Source: the human T2T-CHM13v2.0 reference genome, Homo sapiens. Taken from it: a stretch of 64,000 nucleotides of DNA. Below are positions 25,922-50,689 of this stretch, in pieces; position 1 is the first letter of the stretch; each line of letters starts with the position of its first letter. The notes under the pieces are model-generated. The model ran no database searches and was not told where the DNA came from. It saw only the letters and a list, made by a program, of their open reading frames with translations. Position numbers and translations under genes: made by a program. Where the stretch lies: assembly GCF_009914755.1 (NCBI RefSeq), contig NC_060929.1; one strand, given 5' to 3'.

Positions 25922-26065
25922 AATTTAGAATTATTTTTAAGGTCTATGGCAAGCTAAAAGATGTCCTGCTAATATAATGGCACATATTTTTTGGAATTTA
26001 GAATTACTGTTAAGGTCTACAGCAAGCTAAAAGGAGTCCTGCTAATATTATGGCACATATTTTTT
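25922..26065. repeat. Two-copy direct tandem duplication, period 73 bp
   Basis: AATTTAGAATTA...TAAGGTCTA..GCAAGCTAAAAG..GTCCTGCTAATAT.ATGGCACATATTTTTT at 25922 and 25995. Confidence 0.9.
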
Positions 26066-26078
26066 AACACTCTCTTAC

Positions 26079-26159
26079 CTTTCTCTTCGATTTCTTGTAG
26101 AGCTTTTTTCCACAGCTGAACAGACTTTTCATATGATCCTAATAAAAAACATTCTTCCC
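26079..26159 (-). CDS. CPLANE1: CPLANE1 exon 14 (81 nt, EECFLLGSYEKSVQLWKKALQEIEEK)
   Basis: AG at 26160-26161, GTAAGA donor. Confidence 0.95.
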
Positions 26160-26357
26160 CTAGAAAGTTTTTAACCAACAATTAGTCATAGTTAATTATA
26201 TTACTTCATAAAAATTTACTTTGTTTTAAAATCCAGTTAATGGAGCTCAGCCAGAAATTATTTTGAAAAACAAATCATTACAACCAATTAGAAATTCAAA
26301 GTCTGGTTAACTATGTCATTTATTCATGGAGTTAGAAAATATTCATAAGATACTGAC

Positions 26358-26566
26358 CATTGATAGATTTAAGTTCTAAGGTTTGATTCAAGCAATCTCC
26401 AGTACTCTGTAGGTTAGCCTGCAAATGACATAACAGGGACTTGACAGTAGATGCTTCATGTGTCATCTTTTCAGTTAACTGACTATCAGCTTCAGGAACT
26501 CTTCGATTTAATTGTGCTTGATACCATAAAGTTTTTTTGTACAGTATTCTCCAGAGAATAAGCAAT
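26358..26566 (-). CDS. CPLANE1: CPLANE1 exon 13 (209 nt, LLILWRILY...ELKSIN)
   Basis: AG at 26567-26568, GTCAGT donor. Confidence 0.95.
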
Positions 26567-26772
26567 CTGCACATAAAATCAGGTAATTATCAAAAGCAAA
26601 TTTCAGGCTAATGATGAGTTTAGCCTCCTTTTTAGCCTATTTTTTTTTTTGCCTGTATTCTTCATCGGTATAACATACATACAAACTGATCACATTTAAA
26701 TATAGTGCAAAATAAAATGATTAAAAAATGCCTTATATAAAATCTTCATAAATATTTTAAGCACCTGTAATC

Positions 26773-27700
<928 letters not shown>

Positions 27701-28129
27701 AGAGGTCATTTTTTAACAGTACTTAACTAAACCAAAATCTTTCAAGATCATGGTTTTCCGAGACTAAGAAAATATGTATTGTACAACATTTGGCATAAAT
27801 CTAACAATTTTTTTTGGCAAACTAAAAGTGTATACATTTATCACGTATAACATGACATATTTAACATGATGTTTTGAAACGTACTTAAATATTTTAAAAA
27901 ATAAAATCTATAATGCTGAGTGCTAACAGATAAAAGATTTCTTTCTGGGGTGATAAAAACGTTCTGGAATTAGTGCTAATAGTTTCACAACCTTATAAAT
28001 ATACTAACAAACACTGAATAGTACATTTTAAAATGATGAATTTTACAATATGGGAATTGTAGCTCAGTTTCTAAAAAAGTAAAAAAAACTAAGCTAATAG
28101 TATCCCAGTATTAAAATAAGTGATTATAC

Positions 28130-28899
28130 CTGTGTCCTGGCTGTTGCACAGGATTTACTACTTGAGGATGAATCTTGAAAAATGAGTTCCAAGACCAGTT
28201 TTTCTGAAAACCACTATCTTGAAACATCTGAAAAATAGGTACCACCAATGAGTCTTGAGCTGTTATTTTACTTCCATCAGCTGATGCTGAAATAACTTCA
28301 GGTTGAAGAATGTATACACCATTTAAATTGTCAGCTACCATTTTGAGTAAATAAAAACAAGCTAAAAGTTTCTCTGAGAATAACTGACCCTTTTGTTGCT
28401 GAGTCAGCAAAAGTTTTACAGTATTTGAGGTCAGCTTTATCAAATGCCCCACATCTTGTTTGTATCTTATATCCCAATAATGGATTGATAAACACTGATG
28501 AAAAAGTTGAAAGATACAAAGTATCCATGCATTATGTCTTGAGCTTTTGCTTAAAACAAGATCAAGTTTAGGAAAAGGACATTTTATAAATTGAAGAATG
28601 TAAAAAAAATGAGTGATACAAACTACTATGTAATTTAACATTAAATTTTTTTCTGTCACAGTTTTTGAAATTCCTATAGTCCACGCTGCAAGTAGACTTT
28701 TCTGGATAGAATGCAGTTCTGTAATGGTTCTATCTGTCTCCTCACTATCATCCTTTGCATGTATCGTATCAAACATAGATGCAAATTCCAATCTTCCTTC
28801 CTTCATACTACTACACAGCACATCATCTCTTTTGTTCCAAAAAGGACATAAGTTGTCTGGAAAGTGTCTGCCTTCGTTAGTTTCTTCTGCTTCAAAATC
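28130..28899 (-). CDS. CPLANE1: CPLANE1 exon 12 (770 nt, DFEAEETNEG...VQQPGHR)
   Basis: AG at 28900-28901, GT at 28128-28129; contains most of the 236-aa ORF in the track. Confidence 0.96.
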
Positions 28900-29068
28900 C
28901 TAAAACATGAGGGGAAAAAAATGATACTTAATACCATTTAATACCTTATCAATAGCATCACTTTGGCGTTCTTAAATTTCTCTTCCCTTTAACAAGAGAA
29001 AAACAGAATATGTTTCTTGGAATAAAGTCATAATTGTTCCAAGTAAATAAAATTCTGCTGCTAAGTAC

Positions 29069-29218
29069 CTGAAAATCTGCTGCATTTTCATTTATTGTTT
29101 CTTCTGCCTGCAAGAATTTGGGGACAGTGAAATCGGCTGAACTTTCATTTCCTTGGTGTTCTAACAGGCTAGACCTTAGGGAATTCAGTGATCGCAAGTT
29201 CAGTCCTTTGCCTTTTGG
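29069..29218 (-). CDS. CPLANE1: CPLANE1 exon 11 (150 nt, PKGKGLNLRS...NAADFQ)
   Basis: AG at 29219-29220, GT at 29067-29068. Confidence 0.95.
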
Positions 29219-29393
29219 CTAAAGAAGAAAAGATGAAAGATTTCCAAGAGCAAAATGTTATCTGTAATTCTATTATAAGCAATTAAAAATTCTATAGACA
29301 ACTGTATACAATTCAAGGACATTATTGTCAGTAAAGTTTTAAATTTGAAAAGAAAAAGGCAACTTTCCCCAATGATATAAAAAAGCACTATAC

Positions 29394-29643
29394 CTTAGAC
29401 AATATCACACTTTGATATATTTTCTCAAGCCTCTGGGTTGAATCAAGTAGAAGTGATCTCATGTGTACTGATGGAGATAGGCTATCAAGAAATCGAAGGG
29501 TTGTGACCATATATCCATCAGATATAACGAGGTAGGGTAACCGTGAGTGTGCTTTTATAGAAAATCTCTGTCTCATAGGGTCACTATCAGAAGCTGATGA
29601 ATCAACAGAATTATTTGAATCTTGAAACGTAAACTGCTGTGGT
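29394..29643 (-). CDS. CPLANE1: CPLANE1 exon 10 (250 nt, PQQFTFQDS...SVILSK)
   Basis: AG at 29644-29645, GT at 29392-29393. Confidence 0.95.
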
Positions 29644-30804
29644 CTAGTAAACAAACATCAAAATACAAGAATCAGTAAGAGAAAGATCTTACGGAAAACA
29701 ATAATGTTTTTCAAAAAAGAAGAAAAAGTTACAGAACAATGAAAAAGCAAGCAAGTGAAACACACAAAAATATTAAATGTGTTTATATCTTTCAGGAAAA
29801 CATAACACAGGATAAAGACAAAATAATATATAGGTTCATGTGTTTTAAAATTTTCCTAAATGGTAGCATTTATTCTATTTTGTATTTATCTACATACAAC
29901 CTATTTCAGAAAATAATTCAGGCAGTTTATTTTTACTATTAAAGAGAGTTAAATAGTTAACTTTCCTCTTACCATATATTTAAATATGCTTACACAAATA
30001 AAATTATGAACTATCAGTATACTTTTTATTAAAGAGGAGAAAGAAAAAAGTTGAGAAGATTTGGAGAGAATGGTGGTGAGTAAAATTTTACCTATTTAAA
30101 TTTGAGTTTCCACTTAACTTAAACATACAATATTGTTATTATGATGTACCTGATTCTGATTACTTAATATCACTCCTTATTAAAGTTGGGGCTTTACAAA
30201 TATAAAAGGAACAAACCATCAAAGTATATTGTAATTTTTTTCTGGTTAGGCAACTATTCAAATACAGATTTTTTTTATTAGCCAAATGGCAACAATAGAA
30301 AGTTGGTAATTATAGGACATACACCCCACAGACTTCTGTAGAACCATTAAAAATAATGCCTAACATGGAAAGATGTAAAAGATATACTGTGAAATCAAAA
30401 ATGGAAAATAGTAAACAGGATATATCACATTATCTAGTTTTTAAAAAAGAAACTAATATTGCTATTATCATTGTTATATGAATATTTTTAAAATGTGGGG
30501 GACAACATACTAAAATGTTAATAATTGTTACCTTTGAAGTATAGGATTACAAGTATTTAGTTTTCCACATTATTTAATTTTGTAACATTTGATTTTTGAG
30601 TGCTAAAATAAATAATGAATACTATACTTTCATAATCAGAAAAAAAGCAGTTTGGAAGGCCCCAAATATTAATTTTAAAGGAGAATATGAGAAAATTCTA
30701 ATGAATTATGAATTAGACCATAACAAGTAAGGAAAAAATACTTTCACTGCAGGAAGTGACACGTTTTTCCATTAGCATTGCCAATTGCTAAAAATTGTCA
30801 TTTT

Positions 30805-34690
<3,886 letters not shown>

Positions 34691-34696
34691 AAGACA

Positions 34697-39390
<4,694 letters not shown>

Positions 39391-39509
39391 GGCCAGGCAC
39401 GGTGGCTTACGCCTGTAATCCGAGCACTTTGGGAGGCCAAGGCGAGTGGATCACGAGGTCAGGAGATTGAGACCATCCTGGCTAACACGGTGAAACCCCA
39501 TCTCTACTA

Positions 39510-39719
<210 letters not shown>

Positions 39720-40165
39720 TTAGGCTGGGCATGATGGCTCAGGCCTGTAATCCCAGCACTTTAGGAGGCCAAGATGGGAGGATCACTTAAGGCCAGAAGT
39801 TCAAGACCAGCATGGTCAATATAGCAAGACCCTGTCTCTACAAAAAACTTTAAAAAAATTAGCTACATACAGTGACACACACCTGTAGTCCCAGCTACTC
39901 AGAAGGATGAGGAAGGAATGACTGAGCCCGAGAGTTCAACGCTGCAGTGAGCTATGATCACACCACTACACTCCAGCTTGGGCAATAAGTAAGACCCCAT
40001 CTTTTTTTGTGTGTGTGTGACAGAGTCTCCCTCTGTCATCCAGGCTGGAGTGCAGTAGTGCGATCTCAGCTCATGGCAACCTCCGCCTCCTGGGTTCAAG
40101 CAATTCTTATGCCTCAACCTCCCAAGTAGCTGGGACTACAGGAACATGCCACCACACTTGGCTAA

Positions 40166-40342
<177 letters not shown>

Positions 40343-40682
40343 TAGGGTCTTGCTCTGTTGCTCAGACTGGAGTGCAGTGGCAAGATCATAGCTCACTGCA
40401 GCCTCTATCACCCACGTTCAGGTGATACCCCCTAGCTCAGCCTCTCAAGTAGCTGGGACTACAGGTGTCCACCACCATGCTCGGCTAATTTCTTTTTATT
40501 TTTTAGTAAAGATGAGGTCTCATTATGTTGCCCAAGCTGGTCTCAAACTCCTGAGCTCAAGTGATCCTCTCACCTTGGTTTCCCAAAGTGCTAGAATTAC
40601 AGGTGTGAGCTACCACACCTGACAGAGACCCATCTCTTTTAAAAGAAAAAAAGAAAAAAAAGACAGACAAAAGAGTTCTTAC

Positions 40683-40786
40683 CTAATAAGTGTAGCTGGA
40701 ACCACGGGACTCTTGTTACTACATCCTTTAAGGCTACCACAGAGAGTAACAAAATTCAGTGTGTTTATAAATAATACCTGAGTTGC
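40683..40786 (-). CDS. CPLANE1: CPLANE1 exon 8 (104 nt, ATQVLFINTL...PATLIR)
   Basis: AG at 40787-40788, GTAAGA donor. Confidence 0.95.
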
Positions 40787-41538
40787 CTAGAAAGGAAAAA
40801 AAAGACAAGAAAACTATTAAAATTATTTTACTGTAACCATTATTTATAATTCTGGTGACACAGAGATCTATTATTATATTAATAAACTATCTAGGGAGTA
40901 TTTCCTAACTGGCAAAGCAATATTGACCCCTGGTAGCCTTTGCTCTTTTATGTTCCACCTTAAAAACATTAGTTACCACAATGCTCTTCTTTCCTCTTTT
41001 TCCCTTATTCTTTTTTCATTTCTGAAAGCCAAGTTTTGAAAGTTATGGGATCTACTTTAAAGAACTTTACCAATCCACAATGTCAAATTGGATTAAACAC
41101 CACCAACTTAAAGAATATAAAGCAGGCTGGGCACAGTGGTTCACACCTGTAATCCCAGCACTTTGGGAGGCTGAGGTGGGAGAACTGCTTGAGCTCAGGA
41201 ATTCAAGACCAGCCTGGGCAATATGGCAAAACCCCATCTCTACCAAAAAAATACAAAAATTAGCCAGGCACGGTGGTATAAGCCTATGGTCTCAGCTACT
41301 TGGGGGGCTGAGGTGAGAGGATCACTTGAGCCCAGGAGGTCGAGGCTGCAGCAAGCCATGATCGCACCACTGCACTCCAGCCTAGGCAACAGAGAGAGAC
41401 CCTGTCAAAAAAAAAAAAAAAAAAAACCAGAAAGAAAAAAAAAATGGATATAAAGGAGTATTTAGAAAAAGAAAAATCTCAAAACTGGAATAAACTCCTT
41501 CTTTTATAGATTACTTTCTAAGACAGATATTTACTGAC

Positions 41539-41695
41539 CTTGGGGTCTTTCTGATTAAGAGTTACTGCCAGGGTAAGGCCATCTCTTGAAAAGGCAGAAA
41601 TTAGAGCTCCTCTTGACTTTACTGATTCACATTTAGGAATTAAACTACAGAGATGACAGTCTTGTTGAGCCCAATGAACATGGTATGGCAATGAT
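41539..41695 (-). CDS. CPLANE1: CPLANE1 exon 7 (157 nt, SLPYHVHWAQQ...NQKDPK)
   Basis: AG at 41696-41697, GTCAGT donor. Confidence 0.95.
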
Positions 41696-41828
41696 CTAAA
41701 AAAGTAATGAAATAATTGAAAACAAAAGGTATAGTAACTTTTAAATTTATATGTAGTTCATTACAAAAATTAAAGGATCCATCCAAATTCCTACATGTGC
41801 ACATGTACTTAGGGAATATTTTAGAGAC

Positions 41829-42558
<730 letters not shown>

Positions 42559-42633
42559 GAGACCTTTCAGAAGTCTGTGCACAAAAGAGAACCTGCAGAT
42601 TAGCTAAATAAATTGAATATCAGAGTTCTGTTA

Positions 42634-43131
<498 letters not shown>

Positions 43132-43174
43132 TTAGCTGGGTTTGTTGGCGCATGCCCATAATCCCAGCTACTCA

Positions 43175-43273
<99 letters not shown>

Positions 43274-43287
43274 CTATCTCAAAAATA

Positions 43288-43321
43288 AATAGATAGATAG
43301 ATAGATAGATAGGTAGATAGA
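43288..43321 (+). repeat. (GATA)n microsatellite in an Alu tail
   Basis: Direct reading. Confidence 0.9.
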
Positions 43322-43992
43322 CAGAAAGAAGAGGGAAACTTTGGGGATAGTATCAATGTTCTATAATTGATCCAAGTGATATATACATTTCAAACAATTG
43401 TATATATTTTTCAAAGTCTAGTTGTACACTTAAGACTTGTTTATCTTATTTTATTTATTTATTTATTTTCCAGACAGGGTCTCACTCTGTCACCCAGGCT
43501 GGAGTGCAGTGGCACGATTTGAACTCACTGCAACCTGGACCTCCTGGGCTTCAGTGATCCTCCCACCTCAGCCTCCCAAGCAGCTGGGACTATAGGCATG
43601 CGCCACCATGCTCAGCTAATTTTTTTTATATTTTGTGTAGAGATGGGATTTTGCCATGTTGTCCAGGCTGGTCTTGAACTCCTGGGCTCAAGTGATCCTC
43701 CTGCCTCGGCCTCCCAGAGTGCTGGGATTACAGGCATCCACCACCACACTCAGCCAAGATTTGTTCATGTTACTTCATGTAAGTTATATCTTAATATAAA
43801 ATATAAAAATAAAACAAACAGAAAAATAAAAATAAAAACCACACCACACCATTTTACTCAATCTTACTTAGGCATTGTAAGAAAATAATGCATATTTTCG
43901 GCTGGGTGAGGTGGCTCATGCCTGTAATTCCAGCACTTTGGGAGGCTGAGGCAGGCAGATCACAAGGTCAGTAGTTCAAGACCACCTGACTA

Positions 43993-44229
<237 letters not shown>

Positions 44230-44838
44230 CTATTTTTAAATAAAAGAACACTTAAGCATTTAAAAGGTACAATAGGAAATCAAAAGTTATGTCCCTTTTA
44301 AATTTCAACTGAATTCTTTTCCAGAATAGTTACTTTTATAGTCTTAGACAAGTAAAACCATAGCTTGTCTTATCTTTTACAAATTCTCACTTCAAAGAAG
44401 GGAAACAAGACAAAACAAGATAAACTTTCTGGATTAAACATTTAGAAATAAGAGGGGAAGAAATGATTTGTAAAGCCTCAGAACTTGAAACTCACAATAA
44501 CATTTACAAATTTTATTACATGTATATGGATCAAAAGATAATAATGTTTAAAAAGGGATAGAAAATATGGGGCCGGGTATGATGCCTCATGCCTGTATTC
44601 CCAGCACTTTGGGAGGCCAAGGCAGGAGGACTGCTTGAGCCCAGGAGTGCAAGAACTTGTCTGTTAAAAAAAAAAAAAAAATTAGCCAGGCATGGTGGCA
44701 CAAACCTGTAGTCACAGGTACTCAGGAGGCTGAGCTATGATTGTGCCACTACCCCCCAGTCTGGGTGACACAGCAAGACCCTGCCTCCAAAAGAAAAAAA
44801 AATCAGTAAGAAAAGGAAGAAGAAAACATTTACCTCAC

Positions 44839-44945
44839 CTTACAGATGTAAATACATTCTCATGCCACCGAATTGCTAGAAATGTTAACTTCAGGCATTC
44901 CCCAGAATAAAAAGTAAATGAACACAGGCAGCAGTCTCCAAATAA
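44839..44945 (-). CDS. CPLANE1: CPLANE1 exon 6 (107 nt, LFGDCCLCSF...VFTSVR)
   Basis: AG at 44946-44947, GTGAGG donor. Confidence 0.94.
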
Positions 44946-45477
44946 CTGTAGATAAATTTAATATACTTTAGTATAAAATTAATCTGAAAATAAATCAAGA
45001 TACTAAAATACATATATATATTCCTCATCATAAACCAGTAAAAAATATTGAGATCTTGCTTATACTTTTTATCCTTAACATTAAGCTTAAGACTAAGTAA
45101 TTTTTTTCTGAGCCAGAGGCAGGTCTCAAATGGGTAATCAGGTTGTAGTTTATGCTCTTAAGAAAATACTGACATTGACTGTGACTATAACTGAAAATAT
45201 TCTTACATATTTATTTTTCTCTTTTTATACTTTTATACTATTTAAATTAGCACACCACCCTGAGAGTGGGGAGAGGGGACAATAAAACTTCAAAGTGAAA
45301 TTTCTAACAAGAGTGGTTTGGATAATAAAATGCTGGTCCACACATACGAAGAATACCAAGCAGATATTTTAAATACGTTTTGGTTTTTTAAGTTCATGAA
45401 TCTGTTATTTCCCAGTTAAATCGCATATTTAGTATCATCAATTCTAGCTTGTTAAATTACCAAACAAGCTCTCTCTC

Positions 45478-45804
<327 letters not shown>

Positions 45805-46200
45805 TAGCTGGGATTACAGGCATGTGCCACCACGCCCAGATAATTTTGTAGTTTTAGCAGAGACGGGGTTTCTCCATGTTGGTCAGGCTGGTCTTGAACT
45901 CTCGACCTCAGGTGATCCACCCGCCTCAGCCTCCCAAAGTGCTGGGAATACAGGCGTGAGCCACCGCGCCCGGCATAACAAGCTATATTTTTAAATCAAG
46001 GATAGAGAAAAGGAGTTCTAAGTTAAAACTAATTTTAATAAACACTTTTTAAAAATGTGACCCAAGAAATATAAAAATATCTTTTCCATACAAGAATTTC
46101 ACAATTACTATGAAAATTTATGGTGACTAAAGATATATAGTTATACCATTACACACTCTGCTAATCTGCTTCACAGATAAGAGTCTGAGACTGATTTTAC

Positions 46201-46433
46201 CTCATTTTTTATAAAAACAGCATTCACTACAGCTTCTTTATCTTCGGTGGAAGGCAAGAGAACTGCTTCTTCAGGTATGACCTGGGACCACCGACCCGCC
46301 AATGAAAGGCTTTTAGAAGATAAGATATTCTTTAATTCCAAATATTCCCAAAGAAATATGCATCCAGAAGGTGTTATGAGCACAATTCTTTTCCCATTTC
46401 CAGATACATACAAGTACAGTCTCAAAGAGCTTG
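46201..46433 (-). CDS. CPLANE1: CPLANE1 exon 5 (233 nt, SSLRLYLYV...VFIKNE)
   Basis: AG at 46434-46435, GT at 46199-46200. Confidence 0.95.
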
Positions 46434-47120
46434 CTAAAAAAGTAACAAAAAAAGTAATTAAGCCTCTGAAGTCTGAATTCCCCCCAATAAAGTACATAAT
46501 TTATGTATTCTTACAATAAAAAAAAAACAAATAATGTTACCATTCAGGATGTCAAAACTAAGGCACTAGCAAAAAATACAATCCAGGCACGGCAGCTCAT
46601 GCCTGTAATCCCAGCACTTTGGGAGGCTTAAGGAGACGGATCGCTTTAGCCCAAAAGGTCAAAGCTGCAGTGAGCTATGATCATGCCACTATACTTCAGC
46701 CTGAGTGACAGAACAAGATCCTGTCTCTAAAAAAGAAAAAAAAAGGCTGGGTGGATCACGAGGTCAGGAGATCAAGACCATCCTGGCTAACACGGTGAAA
46801 CCCCGTCTCTACTAAAAATACAAAAAAATTAGCCGGGCATGGTGGCTGGCGCCTGTAGTCCCAGCTACTCGGGAGGCTGAGGCAGGAGAATGGCGTGGAC
46901 CCCGGAGGCGAGTGAGCTGAGATCCCACCACTGCACTCCAGCCTGGGCGACAGAGCGAGACTCCGTCTCAAAAAAAAGAAAAAAAAAAGTACAAAAATAG
47001 CAACATTTATCAAGTATATATTATGTGATATTAGAAACCTATTATTATCACAGAAATGTTAGGCATGCCAGAATTTTCTTCTTCAAGTTGAGTCTCAGTA
47101 TCACAGATAAACATAACCAA

Positions 47121-47123
<3 letters not shown>

Positions 47124-47157
<34 letters not shown>
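47124..47157. repeat. (TA)n microsatellite
   Basis: Direct reading. Confidence 0.9.
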
Positions 47158-47164
<7 letters not shown>

Positions 47165-47284
47165 TCAGATATACATATGCACATACACAGAAATACATTT
47201 TCAAGACAGTAACAGAAAAATGTTTCATCCTCTTTTCCTATTTTTCCTAGTTAAACCAACTTAAACAAATAAAAAAATTCCCAC

Positions 47285-47404
47285 CGACTGTAGCTTTGAT
47301 CATTTCCTTAGGCTTTTCAGTTATTGGTATAGTTTTCAAACAATCTTGATCTTTGTTCCAAAGGAAAAGCTCTCCTGTAGTTAGTACCCCAGCCAGCCAG
47401 GCAT
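47285..47404 (-). CDS. CPLANE1: CPLANE1 exon 4 (120 nt, AWLAGVLTTG...IKATV)
   Basis: AG at 47405-47406, GT at 47283-47284. Confidence 0.95.
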
Positions 47405-47515
47405 CTGTTTCCAAAAATGAAATGCAATACTTACAATCTAGTATTTCCTTTAACATCACCCTAAGTTATTAAAAAATATAGTTTTAGCCATTTGAAAATA
47501 TCAGTACTACTTAAC

Positions 47516-47651
47516 CATTACTGGATGTTGTTAGGACAATAACATCCTTCAAGAAAGGCTGCAGACTAGGAATTTTCTTCTTTATCTTTCCTGATAGCAA
47601 ATTAATTTCATTTATGAATTTATCATCCAAAAGAAAAACGGCTTCTTTTTC
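47516..47651 (-). CDS. CPLANE1: CPLANE1 exon 3 (136 nt, EKEAVFLLDD...LTTSSN)
   Basis: AG at 47652-47653, GTTAAG donor; a 111-nt intron follows. Confidence 0.95.
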
Positions 47652-47958
47652 CTAAGAGAAGAAACATGTGAAGGACTCAAGAGGTGCCAGAAATTAATTC
47701 AACTTACTGCCTAAATAAATTATCCCAGAAATCAAAGCGACATTTAAGAAAGATTATCCATTTGTACCACAAATCATAAAATGAACATTAAGCTTAATAC
47801 TCTATAGTAGCCTGAACATTTTGAATTGTTTTAAAATACCTCGTTAGAATTAATAGGTAAGGCTACCTAGTAGTTGTATTTCAATTTCTTTGAAGTTTAA
47901 AATTATAGGAGTGTCCTCTAATTCTGCTAGCCAAAACTGGCTTATCTACTTTTTAATC

Positions 47959-48284
47959 TTTTTTTTTTTTTTTTTTAAGAGCTGAGGTCTCACTTTGTTG
48001 CCCAGCCTTAAGTGGAGTAGATATTTACAGGCACTATCCCACTACTAATAAGCATGAGAGTTTTGACCTGGCCCATTTCTGACCTGGACCAGTTCACCAT
48101 TCTTAGGCAACCTGGTGGTTACCCCAGCCCCTTGATCTCGGGAGGTCATCATATTGATACCGAATTTAGTGCAGACACGTAATCGGTATAGCACACTGCA
48201 GCCCAGAACTCCTGGGCTCAAGCGATCCTCTTGCCTTAGCCTCCTGAGTAGCTGGGACCACAGGTGCATACCACTGAACCTGAC
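47959..48284 (-). pseudogene. Full-length 7SL (SRP) RNA retropseudogene with poly(A) tail
   Basis: Contains the S domain that Alus lack (minus strand: GGAGTTCTGGGCTG...CACTAAATTCGGTATCAATATG...ACCACCAGGTTGCCTAAG...GGTCAAAACTC). Confidence 0.92.
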
Positions 48285-48541
48285 TCTCATCAATTTTAAC
48301 AGTAGTATGAGCAAGTTTTTAAATTATTTACTTAGATTAAAATAGATATAGCTTCTGAAATTCATAAATCCCTGACTCTGCTCATTTTTTATTACCTAGA
48401 AAAAGTAGGCTGTTTTGAGTTAACTTTGTTTTCATATATTCTAAGGCAGTGATTTTCAAGGTATAACTGAGCCAGCAGCATCAGCAACACCTCAGAAGTG
48501 AGGAGTTCAAGACCAGCCTGACCAACATGGTGAAACCCCTA

Positions 48542-48709
<168 letters not shown>

Positions 48710-49422
48710 TCAAAAAATAAAAATAAAAAAATACAAAATATCCAACCCTACAGCAGACCTAATTAACTGAAAACTTTGGGAACAGGGCCCAGCAATCTGT
48801 GTTTTAACCACCTCTCCAGATAGTTCTGATAGTTTGAGAACTCCTGTTACAGGGGAGTTAGTGGTATAATTTCTCACAGGAAATTTAACACTTTATTTCA
48901 ATAATCATCACAAATAAAGTAGGGTTGCCTACTTTCCCTAAGTGGGGAATCTATGCCATATATTATGAATGGCATTCCTGGATTACTAACGTATTGTGGC
49001 CCATTTCTTCCATCCTAGTTTCCAAGAACACTTCATAGCACAATCATGAAAACCACAATAGGAGGAAACACTCCATTAACTGTTCCAGTAAAGGAAAGCT
49101 CAGGACATTAAATATTCCCTTTTGATATATGCCATCTCAACTTAACTTAAACTTGACTTAAACATAATATGAAAAAAATAGTTTAAGTAAAAATCTTCTA
49201 AATAAACCACTTAACATTCTGGAAAAGCTAACTTGCTCATTATAATAAAAACGAAACACACACAAAACCCTGTTCAGTGTGCAGGTAGGTGATCCTCCTG
49301 TAGATCCTCCTCCAGTAGATGATGTTTTATTTATTTAAGATCATAGAACACTCCTATATTACAGGCAAAACACACATATAACATATATAAAACTGGTATT
49401 GCATGAATAAAGAAAAACCTAC

Positions 49423-49503
49423 CTTTCCCAACCAGGAGACACGTGGCCATGGTTTTTTCTGCTTAATACCTGTTGATGTCAAGATTTCTAATCTTATCTC
49501 CAT
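49423..49503 (-). CDS. CPLANE1: CPLANE1 exon 2 coding part (MEIRLEILTSTGIKQKKPWPRVSWLGK); whole exon 49423-49550
   Basis: ATG at 49503 in context acaaacATGg, AG at 49551-49552, GTAGG donor. Confidence 0.95.
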
Positions 49504-49621
49504 GTTTGTTAAGCTATCAATGACCAATTAAGTAAAACAGTCCCAAGATTCTGTAAACAATAATAGTAATAAAATATAAATGATGCATAATATTCACTGG
49601 GCATTTTTTTTTTTTTTTTGA

Positions 49622-49831
<210 letters not shown>

Positions 49832-49956
49832 TGATCCATCCACTTCGTCCTCCCAAAGTGCTGGGATAACAGGCACGATCCACTGCGCATGGACCACTGA
49901 AGATCTTAACTGACAATTTTCATAAAGTTTTGATTTATATTTTATTTCTGAGTTGA

Positions 49957-50238
<282 letters not shown>

Positions 50239-50689
50239 TAGATGGGCTTGTTTTTTTGTTTTTTTAATAAAATAGCTTTAAAAGAAAAACTACTCAGAGA
50301 CAGCACACAAAGATCTATCAAGATGCTAGCTATCAGTCAGCACGGAGGCTGAGATGGGAAGATCGCTTGAGGACAAGAGAGTTCGAGGCTGCAGTGAGCT
50401 GTGATTGTGCCTGTGAGAGCCACTGCACTCCAGCGTGGGCAACGCAGCGAAGACTCCGGCTCAAAAATAAATAAATAAAATTGCAAATAAAATAAATTCT
50501 CACAAAAGGGTTAACCAAATGCCAGAGAAACGCCGGCATTAGAAAAGCATCATTTGCAGCTCCTAATGAAATAACAAATCCAGTCAATAGTATCAGCGCT
50601 GCTAAAATTATTGAGTGAAAAAATACTGGGAACTTTATGCACTGACATACCCTAAATCCATTAGTCAATCTTAAAATTGCTAAGAGCGA

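Noticed and set aside
47405-47515. 111-nt intron 3 as an in-frame retained intron
   Set aside because: Read-through gives GGT TAA, an immediate stop
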